64,000 bases of DNA from Verrucomicrobiota bacterium (GTDB lineage Bacteria; Verrucomicrobiota; Kiritimatiellia; RFP12; UBA1067). Below, piece after piece: positions 19,852 through 28,709 of the stretch. The DNA lies in assembly GCA_050874585.1 (NCBI GenBank), contig JBNMKZ010000005.1:4199-68198 (forward strand). The letters are read 5' to 3'. Under the pieces are notes generated by a model. That model was not told the DNA's origin. It saw nothing but the letters and a program-made list of their open reading frames with translations, and did no database searches. The translations under genes and the position numbers were made by a program. The number at the start of each line of letters is the position of its first letter. Position 1 is the stretch's first letter.

Positions 19852-22800
19852 TTACCGAATGATGAGCTTGAAGCCGCCGACGGCCGACTGCACCGCACCC
19901 GCCTCGACGAATGCCGCGTCCCGCGCCGTTTCGTATTCCGCCCGCATCCAGTTCGCCGAGGCCTCCCCGCTGCGCAGGCGAATCTCGTCGAAGGCACCGT
20001 TGAACGAGGCCTCGTTGCCAACCGCATTGTTGCCAAACGACAGCGGCAGGCCGTTGTCCTGCGGCGGCGAGATCATGCTACCCGATTCCGCCGCGAGCGT
20101 CCCGTTCACATAGGCCTTCACGCGATAGTTCTTATCAGTTCCTTCGACGAAAGCAAAGGCAATGTGAACCCAATTGTTCTCCAGGCTCGGGAGCTCAACG
20201 CTCAGGGAGCCCGCGCTTGCACCGCGCACGTTCAGGCTTGTGAAGGAGTTGGCAAGTTCGGCCTCCCACCCCGTCTTCCCATCGTAGGAGGACTTGCGCG
20301 AGAGAATGCGCGGATAGCCCAGCATCTTGTCATTCGCCCGGAACCAGCCCGACACCACGAATGTCGGGCCAACTTCGAGGTCGTCGTAGGCGGGTACCGA
20401 ATACCAGTTGCGCCCGCCCGCGTCGTAGGTGACCGGCATATTGTAGCGTGCATGACCGACCACACCCTCGGGGAAGTCCGTATTGTAGCTCGGATAGAAC
20501 TGCGCCTTGACGACCGCATCCAGTCCATGCCCCGTCGCATCCCGCGCCGGGAGTTCCCAGGTGCGCTCGTTGAAGTGCCACACGCCCGCATACCCGGGCC
20601 AAACCGCGCCCGCATCCGCGCCACCGAGATCCATCTCGCTCCCGTAGTACATGCGTAGCGTCGTCCCCGCCTTCAGTTCGGGCAGGAAGACCCACACGAG
20701 GGACTCGCCGCCCACATTCCACTCGTCCACCTCGTGCGCATAGGCCTGCACACCCTTTGCATCCGTGAAGAGGATGTCCGAACCGTCCGTGCTCTTGAAG
20801 TCCGCATAGTCAAAGCCCGAGATGGCCGACGAAAGCCGCACGAGCACGGGGAACCCGGCGAGCGTCTCCTCACCGAGAAATTCCGCCGGAACAGTCAGTT
20901 CAAGCATCTTCCGGAAGCAGTGCTTCGTGGGCGCGGCAAGGTTGACAATCGTCAGCGCGGCGGATGATGCCGTTCCGATCGAATACCCCTCCCCAGCCAC
21001 AAGCGTCAGCTCGACCGTGCGGTCGGCCGTTGCCTTCGGATTGTACTTGACGGCAATTTCCACATCCACCGCCGTCTCGCCCGCCGGAATGAGGACCGAT
21101 TCCGTCGCCGCGTTCGAATAGTCCACCCCGGACTGGGCCGAACCCGAGAGCGCATAGGCGACGCGGACGGGCCAAGCAACCGCCTTGTCAAGCGCAATGC
21201 GGAAGATGCCGCCCACGCGCCGCGATTCGACGGCATCGCGCACTTTCGCGACCGAGACGGACAGCATACCGTCCGCCGTCGCAATCACCCGACCCGCCGT
21301 GAAGGCATCCGTCGCCGTCATCGCGGCATACTCGAACTTGACCTGTTCCGCCGTGGGGATGCGCCCCGTCAGGCGAATCTCATCGTAGTCGCCGCAGAGC
21401 GGCCAGTCCGCACCATCTGACGTGCAGCCGAACGACAGCGGCAGTCCGTTCGCCGTGGCACGCGGGAACGTACCCGTCGTCTCGCCAACCTTCTCGCCAT
21501 TCGCATAAACCGTGCACCGCTCGCCCTCGTAGACGAATGTCAGGTGCACCCATGTCTTGTCGAGCGACGGGATGGTCATGGACTGATTCGCCGCCGAGCC
21601 GTAGACATACAGCATGGTGAGATCGTTATAGTTCAATTCCTGTCCCCAGCCTCCATCAGGCGCGGCATTGGACTTGCGTGAAAACAGGCGGTACCAGCCG
21701 CCCTTCCCCGACACGCGGAAGAACCCGCTCGCCGTAAACGTATCCGTCAGGCCGAAGGTATCGTAGTCGGGAACCGAAATGTAGCTCTTGTTGGCATACT
21801 CGCCATTGCCGCCATTCTTGCGCGCACGACCAATCACGCCATCGTCAATTCCCCTGTTGTGACCCTCGGCATAGTTGCCCGTCGGCGTTCCGTCAAGCCC
21901 ATGCCCCGTCGCGTCATACGCCGTGCCGCTCTCCTCACCGAAATGCCACACGCCCACGTAATCCGACCAGGTCGCGGCGGAATTGGCCGCACGGTAAGTC
22001 GCACTCCCATAATAGAGGACAAGGCGCGTCCCCTTCGCCGCAGACGGCATCTTCACCCAGATGAGCGACTCGCCGGACGGGTTCCACGTGTCAATCTCGT
22101 GCGGCAAAATGGCCCCGTTCACATCCGTCACGCACAGGTCGCCGCCAGCCGCATCCTGGAAATCGAAATAGGAGAAGCCGTCAATCGCCGTGGAAAGCCG
22201 CACGAGCACGGGCGCATCCGTCACCGCATCATCCGCATAGGATGCGTTCAGCGTGAACATCACCGCCTTCGCAAACTGCGAGGCATCAACCGTGCCATCA
22301 CCATAGGTCAGGTAGTCCGCTTCGGCAACCATGCGGTACTCCGCCTCGATTTCCGCCGCGCTCACCGCCCCGGCCCGATACCGAAGTTCATCAAACCAGC
22401 CATAGAGTCCGGCTTCCTTTGCATTGGTATTGCCACCAAACGCCAAGCCATTGGCTGAATCCGCCACCGTCCGAACGGTGCCCGATGCGGCGAGAAAGCC
22501 GTTCGTGTAGCACCGTGCCGTCGCACCGTCAAACGCAAAGGTGAAATGCGTCCAGCGCCCCACGCACGAGGGAACGGACACCGGAAGATCTACCTCACCG
22601 GCACCCCGAAGCGACACACGGCGCGGATTGTCATTGAACTGCACCTCCCAACCAGTCGACTGATTGTAGTCGGCCTTCGCCGAAACAAGCCGAGTGTAAG
22701 CTATGACCTGATTCGCCTTGTACCAGCCCGAGAAGACGAACTGCGACCCGACGTGCAGGGCTTCCGCATCCGCCACGAGATGCGTCGACTTCATCCCCGA

Positions 22801-23388
22801 GAAATAGGACGAGCTGTCCTGGGCGGCGCGGCAAAGACCGACCGCACCATCCTCCGCCGCCACCATCTTGTCCAAATAGCCAGCCGAGCCCGCATCCGCA
22901 ACCGTCGGAACGGCCGCCAACCCGTGCCCCGTCGCATCCGTCAGGTTGCCGCTTGCGTCCGCACAGTGCCAGACACCCGCATACCGGCCGCTCCACACGG
23001 CGGATGGCGTATTGTCCGTCGCGCTTTCGGCCCCGTACCACATCACGATTCGTGTGCCGCGACGGAAGGTCGGCACCCGCACCCAGACGAGCGACTCGCC
23101 ATCCGCATTCCATGTGTCGACGTCGTAGGCGAGCGAATTGCCGTCCGCATCCGCAAAGGCGAGATCGCCGCCATTCGCCTGCTTCACGTCCGCATAGTCA
23201 AACGTACCGCCCGTACCCGCCGAAAGCCGCACGAGCAACGGCACGTCCGCCAGCTCCACATCCGCCGCGACGGCCGTCACCGGGACGGTGATGACGAGGG
23301 ACTTCGCATAGGCCGACGTATCAAGCGTCGCCGCCGTCAGCGTTGCGGCAAAGCCAAGTGCCGCGAGACAGGGAATCAGTCGTTTCAT
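19852..23388 (-). CDS. Giant secreted surface protein with three DUF2341 + LamG (concanavalin-like) modules
   Basis: The ATG is at 23386-23388 (MKRLIPCLAALGFAATLTA signal). A module recurs three times. Each module has FDYADF..DL.FTD..G..L.YE.DTWN..GESLVWV..P....GT.L..YYG followed by ..GVWHF...ATGHGLD. Confidence 0.7.
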   Translation of the reverse strand: MKRLIPCLAALGFAATLTAATLDTSAYAKSLVITVPVTAVAADVELADVPLLVRLSAGTGGTFDYADVKQANGGDLAFADADGNSLAYDVDTWNADGESLVWVRVPTFRRGTRIVMWYGAESATDNTPSAVWSGRYAGVWHCADASGNLTDATGHGLAAVPTVADAGSAGYLDKMVAAEDGAVGLCRAAQDSSSYFSGMKSTHLVADAEALHVGSQFVFSGWYKANQVIAYTRLVSAKADYNQSTGWEVQFNDNPRRVSLRGAGEVDLPVSVPSCVGRWTHFTFAFDGATARCYTNGFLAASGTVRTVADSANGLAFGGNTNAKEAGLYGWFDELRYRAGAVSAAEIEAEYRMVAEADYLTYGDGTVDASQFAKAVMFTLNASYADDAVTDAPVLVRLSTAIDGFSYFDFQDAAGGDLCVTDVNGAILPHEIDTWNPSGESLIWVKMPSAAKGTRLVLYYGSATYRAANSAATWSDYVGVWHFGEESGTAYDATGHGLDGTPTGNYAEGHNRGIDDGVIGRARKNGGNGEYANKSYISVPDYDTFGLTDTFTASGFFRVSGKGGWYRLFSRKSNAAPDGGWGQELNYNDLTMLYVYGSAANQSMTIPSLDKTWVHLTFVYEGERCTVYANGEKVGETTGTFPRATANGLPLSFGCTSDGADWPLCGDYDEIRLTGRIPTAEQVKFEYAAMTATDAFTAGRVIATADGMLSVSVAKVRDAVESRRVGGIFRIALDKAVAWPVRVAYALSGSAQSGVDYSNAATESVLIPAGETAVDVEIAVKYNPKATADRTVELTLVAGEGYSIGTASSAALTIVNLAAPTKHCFRKMLELTVPAEFLGEETLAGFPVLVRLSSAISGFDYADFKSTDGSDILFTDAKGVQAYAHEVDEWNVGGESLVWVFLPELKAGTTLRMYYGSEMDLGGADAGAVWPGYAGVWHFNERTWELPARDATGHGLDAVVKAQFYPSYNTDFPEGVVGHARYNMPVTYDAGGRNWYSVPAYDDLEVGPTFVVSGWFRANDKMLGYPRILSRKSSYDGKTGWEAELANSFTSLNVRGASAGSLSVELPSLENNWVHIAFAFVEGTDKNYRVKAYVNGTLAAESGSMISPPQDNGLPLSFGNNAVGNEASFNGAFDEIRLRSGEASANWMRAEYETARDAAFVEAGAVQSAVGGFKLIIR

Positions 23389-23393
23389 TGATT

Positions 23394-24293
23394 TCACTCC
23401 TTCAGGTCAATCCACGAACCAAGATGATGAATGGCAACGCCAAAACCGCCCGGGAGACCCTCCTTCGCAAGGGATTCCCTCACTTTCGCAAGTTCCTGAT
23501 TCAGGTGGGCCTTGCCCTCCTCATAGAAGGAGACGGCATTCCCTTCGCCCGTCTCACCCGTCTCGGCACCGAAGACGATTCGGCAGGGCCGCGTCTTTGC
23601 CAACGCGACCTCGCCCGAACCCGTCTCAAGCATCGCCTTGGCCGTATCGCGGTAGGACATCAGCGTCAGCGTATCCGCCGAGGCGAACATGACATCCAGG
23701 AGCGGCGCATCCGCCTGCTTCCCGTACGGAACGCGAATGTTATCGAGCCAAAATGGGATGTCCCACTCAATCTTGTAGCCGCGCCGCCGCACATTCGCCG
23801 CCGCACGGAGCACGAAGTCGGCGTAAAGCTGCCACTTGCGCGCATCCGTCAGATCGTGGTCCTGATGCGGCTCGACGTCGAGATGCAGGGCATAGAAGCG
23901 CAAGTTCTCAGGAACGGACTTCTGGTAGGCCACAAACCGCCCCAGCACCTCATCGAAACCGAGCGAACCGGGATAAATCCACGAGACGTCGCCCGACAGC
24001 CACGCGACGCGCATTCCACGCTTCTGCGCCGCCGCGATGAAGGACGAGAGATCCTTGAACGCGGCATCGTGGTCAACCGCAAAGTAGATTTCCGTCACCC
24101 GATTGGAAGCCAAGAAGTCAAGGCGCGGCAGATATTCCGCCGGCTTGCCAACCTGTCGACCGTTCCACCACCAGACGCCAACGGAACCCGCCGACGGCGG
24201 AATCCCTTCCCCTGCGGCACAAGCCGACAGTCCCATGGCGGCACACATCACCGCCGCGACCACGCGAAGAACGAAAAGCCCAATTCTTTTCAT
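23394..24293 (-). CDS. Lipoprotein, possibly a TIM-barrel glycoside-hydrolase-like protein
   Basis: Signal peptide with lipobox (AAMGLSAC). No motif I can name with certainty. About 300 aa. Confidence 0.45.
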   Translation of the reverse strand: MKRIGLFVLRVVAAVMCAAMGLSACAAGEGIPPSAGSVGVWWWNGRQVGKPAEYLPRLDFLASNRVTEIYFAVDHDAAFKDLSSFIAAAQKRGMRVAWLSGDVSWIYPGSLGFDEVLGRFVAYQKSVPENLRFYALHLDVEPHQDHDLTDARKWQLYADFVLRAAANVRRRGYKIEWDIPFWLDNIRVPYGKQADAPLLDVMFASADTLTLMSYRDTAKAMLETGSGEVALAKTRPCRIVFGAETGETGEGNAVSFYEEGKAHLNQELAKVRESLAKEGLPGGFGVAIHHLGSWIDLKE

Positions 24294-24400
24294 AAGTGAT
24301 TGAATTCCATTGGTTTACGAAGCGATTGGAAAGTAGTATACCATAAACAGAGAACGGTGCACAAGACGAATCGCTCGCTGGAGCGTTGCAAATCTAATGT

Positions 24401-24465
24401 GTCGATTGAAAAGGTAAGTGGACAGGGGCGGCGGAGAAAGCTGTCCACTTACCTTTTCAATCGAC
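24401..24465. repeat. Perfect 25-bp-arm inverted repeat with a 15-nt loop, between divergent genes
   Basis: GTCGATTGAAAAGGTAAGTGGACAG (24401-24425), loop GGGCGGCGGAGAAAG, CTGTCCACTTACCTTTTCAATCGAC (24441-24465). The arms are an exact reverse complement. Confidence 0.9.
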
Positions 24466-24505
24466 ATTTTCAAAACTGCGGGGGATAATCCAGCCGGACG
24501 GGCGG

Positions 24506-24535
24506 TTGACGATGCCAAGCAAAAAAGTGTATAAT
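24506..24535 (+). promoter_or_regulatory. Sigma70-like promoter of rpmI-rplT: TTGACG-N18-TATAAT
   Basis: TTGACG at 24506-24511 and TATAAT at 24530-24535. This is about 70 nt upstream of the rpmI ATG. Confidence 0.55.
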
Positions 24536-24607
24536 ACACGCTTATCCGTCTGGATCGGGCTCAAAACCGACTGCCCGACCGGTAAGGATAAGAAAAGGAA
24601 TACGAAA

Positions 24608-24805
24608 ATGCCTAAGATGAAAACAAAGAAGTGCGCCGTCAAGCGCATGAAAATGTCGGCCAACGGCAAGGTGATGCGTTCTCAGGGCGGCAAGGCCCAC
24701 CTGAACAACGGGAAGAAGCGTTCCCGCAAGCGCAACCTTCGTGGCACGACCGTGACCGACCAGACCGTAACCAAGACCTACGCGCGTGCGCTGCAGGGTC
24801 GCTAA
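24608..24805 (+). CDS. rpmI: 50S ribosomal protein L35
   Basis: MPKMKTKKCAVKRMKMSANGKV..., 65 aa and strongly basic. The RBS AAGGAA is 8 nt upstream. The longer ORF-track form starts at a TTG and is not real. Confidence 0.85.
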   Translation: MPKMKTKKCAVKRMKMSANGKVMRSQGGKAHLNNGKKRSRKRNLRGTTVTDQTVTKTYARALQGR

Positions 24806-24823
24806 TAGAAGGAGTAATAGACA

Positions 24824-25171
24824 ATGCGTGTTACCAATGCTCCCGCTTCCCGCGAACGCCGCCGCCGCCGCCTTGAGCTGGCGAAAGGCTTCTACGGAGC
24901 CCGTTCCAAACTCTTCCGTACGGCCACCGAGGCCGTCGACCGCGCCATGCGTCTTGCGACCGAGCATCGCAAGCTCAAAAAGCGCGACTTCCGCCAGCTT
25001 TGGATTGCCCGCATCAACGCGGCAGTTCGGGCGGAGGGCATCAGCTACTCGAAGTTCATCGCCGGGCTGACGCGCGCTGGTGTCATCATCAACCGCAAGA
25101 TGCTCAGCGAGATTGCCATTCAGGATCCGGCTGGCTTCAAGACGATTGTTGAGATTGCCAAGAAGGCCTAA
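24824..25171 (+). CDS. rplT: 50S ribosomal protein L20
   Basis: ..[34 protein letters not shown].., an L20 signature. RBS AGGAG. Confidence 0.9.
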   Translation: MRVTNAPASRERRRRRLELAKGFYGARSKLFRTATEAVDRAMRLATEHRKLKKRDFRQLWIARINAAVRAEGISYSKFIAGLTRAGVIINRKMLSEIAIQDPAGFKTIVEIAKKA

Positions 25172-25191
25172 TCGCCGATTCGTACAGACGA

Positions 25192-25227
25192 AGAGGGCGC
25201 AGGTTTAACCTGCGCCCTCTTTTTTTG
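25192..25227 (+). terminator. Rho-independent terminator of rpmI-rplT
   Basis: AGAGGGCGCAGG-TTTAA-CCTGCGCCCTCT followed by TTTTTTT. Confidence 0.85.
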
Positions 25228-25497
25228 TCAGCCACACCCCCTTCACATCTCCCTATCGCCGTCTTTGCCTCTCAAAATCACAATAACGCGCCAATTAAGC
25301 GCAACAAGTGCTAAATCTGGCGGATTTATCAGTCTGAGCTATGGGCAAATCGCCCACCCCTGTCAATCGCCGCTCCGAGAGACGCTGTTCTCCGAGACAA
25401 ATGAACAGCCTCTCCCGATCAAGAGAACAGCATCTCCTGGCAGTCCCCACCAGACAAGGTAGTTAGACCCGCCCTCCGGAAGCCGCCGCTGAAGGAT

Positions 25498-26670
25498 TTA
25501 GGTGTTCCCGTAATAATAGGCACGAGCCGTTGGCGGGCGAATGTCCGTCAATGTTCCCACATAATGACGAAGCCAGTGGTCTTTTTTCGGATGTGCCCGC
25601 ATCGCCGCCTCATCCACTTCGATACCAAGGCCCGGGCGATTGGATGGGTACATCAGGCCGTTTTCAAACCTTACATCTTCATCAACGACTTCCGAACGCC
25701 ATGGGACATCGTCAAATAATGTCTCGTGGATACAATAGCCAGGCGTAGATACGCCCAAAGCAAGCGTCACGGCATTCGCGACCGGACCCGATGGATTGTG
25801 CGCACAAAACGGGATGTGGTGCGCATCGCAGATGCCCGCAATCTTCTTCATCTCGGTAATGCCCCCCGCATGGGACGAGTCCGGCTGGAGATAGTCACAC
25901 GCCCGCAACTCAATGGCATCAAGAATCTGCTGGGTTGTAAAGAGCCGCTCGCCGCAGGCAATCGGGACATCAACTCGACTGCGTACATCCGCAAGTGCCC
26001 GCATCGTATCGGGAATGACAGGCTCCTCAACCCAAAAGGGATCAAACTCCGAAAGTGCATGGCAGACCCGCAAGGCGGTTGGCACATCAAAGCGGCCGTG
26101 GCATTCAATCAGAATCTCCGCCATTCCTTCTGTTGCCTCCTTGACAGCGGCGATGCATTTCATTGCTTTGCGAAAATCCTCGGGCGGTAACTGACGATAG
26201 TTCTTACCGAAAGGATCCCACTTGAGGCCTCGAAAGCCTCGGGCAACGGCCGCCCGTGCCTTGTCGGCGAACTCCTCCGGTTCGCGAGCACCCGAGAACC
26301 AGCAGTTGGCGTAGCAGGGAACGCCATCGCGGCACTTCCCGCCAATAAGTTTCCACACGGGAACACCCAGAGCCTTACCCTTAATATCCCAAAGGGCCAT
26401 GTCAACCGCCGACAATGCACTCATCAGCACAGCTCCACCCCGCCAATAGGCGTCACGGTAGTTCTCGTGGAGAATGGATTCGGTATCGAACGGATCCCGT
26501 CCGATGAGTGCGTGCTCCAGATCCGCAATGGCCCCTACCAGCGCATTCTCCTTGTATTCGAGAGTCCCCTCACCAATCCCATGCAGCCCTTCATCCGTCT
26601 CAACTTTCACAAACACCCAGTTCGTACGAAAGCAGTCAACGACAAATGTCCGAACGCTTCTGATCTTCAT
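25498..26670 (-). CDS. Enolase-superfamily dehydratase (mandelate racemase / galactonate-mannonate dehydratase family)
   Basis: 390 aa with MR/MLE-like motifs (KVETDEGLHGIGE, ..LWDIKGKALGVPVWKLIGG.., ECHGRFD.., DYLQPD). Its ATG overlaps the MFS stop. Confidence 0.7.
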   Translation of the reverse strand: MKIRSVRTFVVDCFRTNWVFVKVETDEGLHGIGEGTLEYKENALVGAIADLEHALIGRDPFDTESILHENYRDAYWRGGAVLMSALSAVDMALWDIKGKALGVPVWKLIGGKCRDGVPCYANCWFSGAREPEEFADKARAAVARGFRGLKWDPFGKNYRQLPPEDFRKAMKCIAAVKEATEGMAEILIECHGRFDVPTALRVCHALSEFDPFWVEEPVIPDTMRALADVRSRVDVPIACGERLFTTQQILDAIELRACDYLQPDSSHAGGITEMKKIAGICDAHHIPFCAHNPSGPVANAVTLALGVSTPGYCIHETLFDDVPWRSEVVDEDVRFENGLMYPSNRPGLGIEVDEAAMRAHPKKDHWLRHYVGTLTDIRPPTARAYYYGNT

Positions 26671-27920
26671 TGTTCCACCACCCGATTCTTCTTAAAAGTA
26701 AAAAAGAAAGAAACCATCATCAGTCCCGCCGCAAGTGCGTAGATAACACCCATTAGGGAAAATCCGAGCTCGAATCCGCGTACGCCGTAACGCTCCGACA
26801 ACGCCCCCATGGCAATGCCCGAAAGTCCACCAAAGAAGAAAGCCGTCATTGTCAACAAGCCGACGGCCGTTGAACGATGATTCGGCAACACGACATCAAA
26901 AAGGGATGCATGAGTATTAACCTCAAAGAAGCCACGAAAAACACCATAAGCCGAAGCGGCCACCAACATCGCGGCGAACGAGGACGCGGCACCCAACCAG
27001 TAGAGCATCGGCGCACCAAGAAGTAACGCAACAATCTGAAATCCCAACCGGAAGCGCGGAAACTGGCCTACACAACGATCCGTCAAAACGCCTCCTGCAA
27101 GAATTGCCGCGAAAGCGAAGAGGTGATGCCACAGCATCACGCCACGCCCGGCCGATCCTACATCAAGGGAAAACTTCAGCGCGGCAAATTTCGGCGCCCA
27201 AAAGAGATAGGCATTGTTGACGAATACAATCGCGACAAATCCAGCCGTAGCACACAGGGCGGATGGATTACGGAAATAGGACGAAACTCCTTCCCAAATG
27301 GAAGTCTGCGAACGCGGCGAAGGAACGGACACACTCGCCGCCGGTTCATCCCGAAGGGCAAAGATAAAGAGTACGCCCAGTAGCGTCCCCGCCAAGCCAA
27401 ACGCGATGAAGACATGCCGCCAGCCACCCAACCACCCAAGTGCCCAAGCGACAAGAACACCTGAAGCCATCAGCCCTACATAAAGAGCCGCCTGATGAAT
27501 TGAAAGCGCCCGCGAGCGTGATTCACGGTGATGCGCGGCAATAAGTGCATAGGCACTTGGCGCATAAAAACTCTCTCCAACGCCAGTTTCAACGGATCGG
27601 AAGAAGAGTGCACCAACAAAGCCACCGACAAAACCCATACACACCGTCATCAACGACCACGCGATGAGTGAAATGGTGATAATCCACTTGCGCGAGCACC
27701 TGTCACCGACAAAACCGGCGACCACCGTCATCAGCGCGAGCGTCCAACTGAGCGTCGTATTAATCCATCCGACCTGTACATCCGTCAAGCCGAGGTCGCT
27801 CTGTATCGGAACCGTAAGAAGTCCAAACAGGGCTCGATCCGCCTGATGGAAGAAGAATGCACCCGAGAGCAGGGCGACCAGAATCCACTTATACGAACTG
27901 CCGCGCTTAGACATCGACAT
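26667..27920 (-). CDS. MFS transporter, probable sugar-acid permease
   Basis: 12-TM architecture. The ATG is at 27918-27920, preceded by GGAGG. It is co-oriented with and overlaps the dehydratase. Confidence 0.75.
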   Translation of the reverse strand: MSMSKRGSSYKWILVALLSGAFFFHQADRALFGLLTVPIQSDLGLTDVQVGWINTTLSWTLALMTVVAGFVGDRCSRKWIITISLIAWSLMTVCMGFVGGFVGALFFRSVETGVGESFYAPSAYALIAAHHRESRSRALSIHQAALYVGLMASGVLVAWALGWLGGWRHVFIAFGLAGTLLGVLFIFALRDEPAASVSVPSPRSQTSIWEGVSSYFRNPSALCATAGFVAIVFVNNAYLFWAPKFAALKFSLDVGSAGRGVMLWHHLFAFAAILAGGVLTDRCVGQFPRFRLGFQIVALLLGAPMLYWLGAASSFAAMLVAASAYGVFRGFFEVNTHASLFDVVLPNHRSTAVGLLTMTAFFFGGLSGIAMGALSERYGVRGFELGFSLMGVIYALAAGLMMVSFFFTFKKNRVVEQ

Positions 27921-28709
27921 CCTCCGGCATGTGCTGGCACGAACAGCCCGCATCGCATGTCACGATTTCACCCGTCATATTCGCCGACTCATCGGATGCG
28001 AGAAATGCAACGACATTGGCAATGTCCATCCCCGAAGCCTCCCGTCCAAGCGGACAGTTCAATCGGCGGCGTGTCTTGATCCGTTCATCCAAGACATCCC
28101 AACGCTCCGTATAGATATAGCCGGTGCGCAGCAGTTAACTCGAATACCATGTGGCGCCAGGTCCAATGCCAGCGAACGCACCATGGAGTTGATCGCCCCC
28201 TTCGATGCACAATAGGCCGTTCGATTCCGAATGGCGCGCTGGGCCGTATTGGACGAGAGGAAGACAACCACTCCCCGGAAAGGCCCTCCAACTTCATAAG
28301 GCCTCTTCATAAAGAAACGCGTGCACGCCGCCTGCGTTACCTGAAAACCGCCGCGCACATTCGTCCCCATGACCTTTAGGATGGAGTCGGGTTCCATTTC
28401 GAGCGGGCCGCCAAGTCCAAGGCCCTGATCCGCCGCGTTATTGACAAGAATGTCCAACCGCCCGGTCTTTTGTTCAATAAGGTCCATCAACGCTGAAACC
28501 TGAGTCTTATTACCGACATCACACGCCTGCGCATAAACACCCGTCACACCCATTGTCCGTAGCGACTCAAGTCCCCTTGCCGTCGAACTTTCGGAAGATC
28601 CACACATGAACACAGTCGCGCCCTCGTCCGCAAACTTCTTCACGAGCCAAAGTCCCGTATTGCGATTTCCGCCCGTCACAAGGACGACCTTGCCCTCAAA
28701 TCTTCTCAT
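27907..28709 (-). pseudogene. SDR-family oxidoreductase interrupted by a -1 frameshift near 28122
   Basis: ORF 28059..28709 has TGGNRNTG..NNAA and ends aberrantly after NCCAPA. ORF 27907..28092 carries the SDR C-terminus (..DIANVVAFLASDES..TGEIVTCDAG). Adding one G in CCGGC near 28122 restores NCCAPGYIYTERWDVLDERIK. Confidence 0.6.

Noticed and set aside
24300-24539. Small ORFs 24300..24488 (+) and 24315..24539 (-)
   Set aside because: They mirror each other across the 25-bp-arm palindrome (both contain SIEKVSGQ...LSTYLFNRH). This is an artefact of the inverted repeat, not coding sequence.
25229-25497. 9-bp inverted repeat GCTGTTCTC...GAGAACAGC (~25384-25430) as a terminator for the dehydratase operon
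   Set aside because: It has a 30-nt loop and no U-tract on the relevant strand. It is not convincing as an intrinsic terminator.
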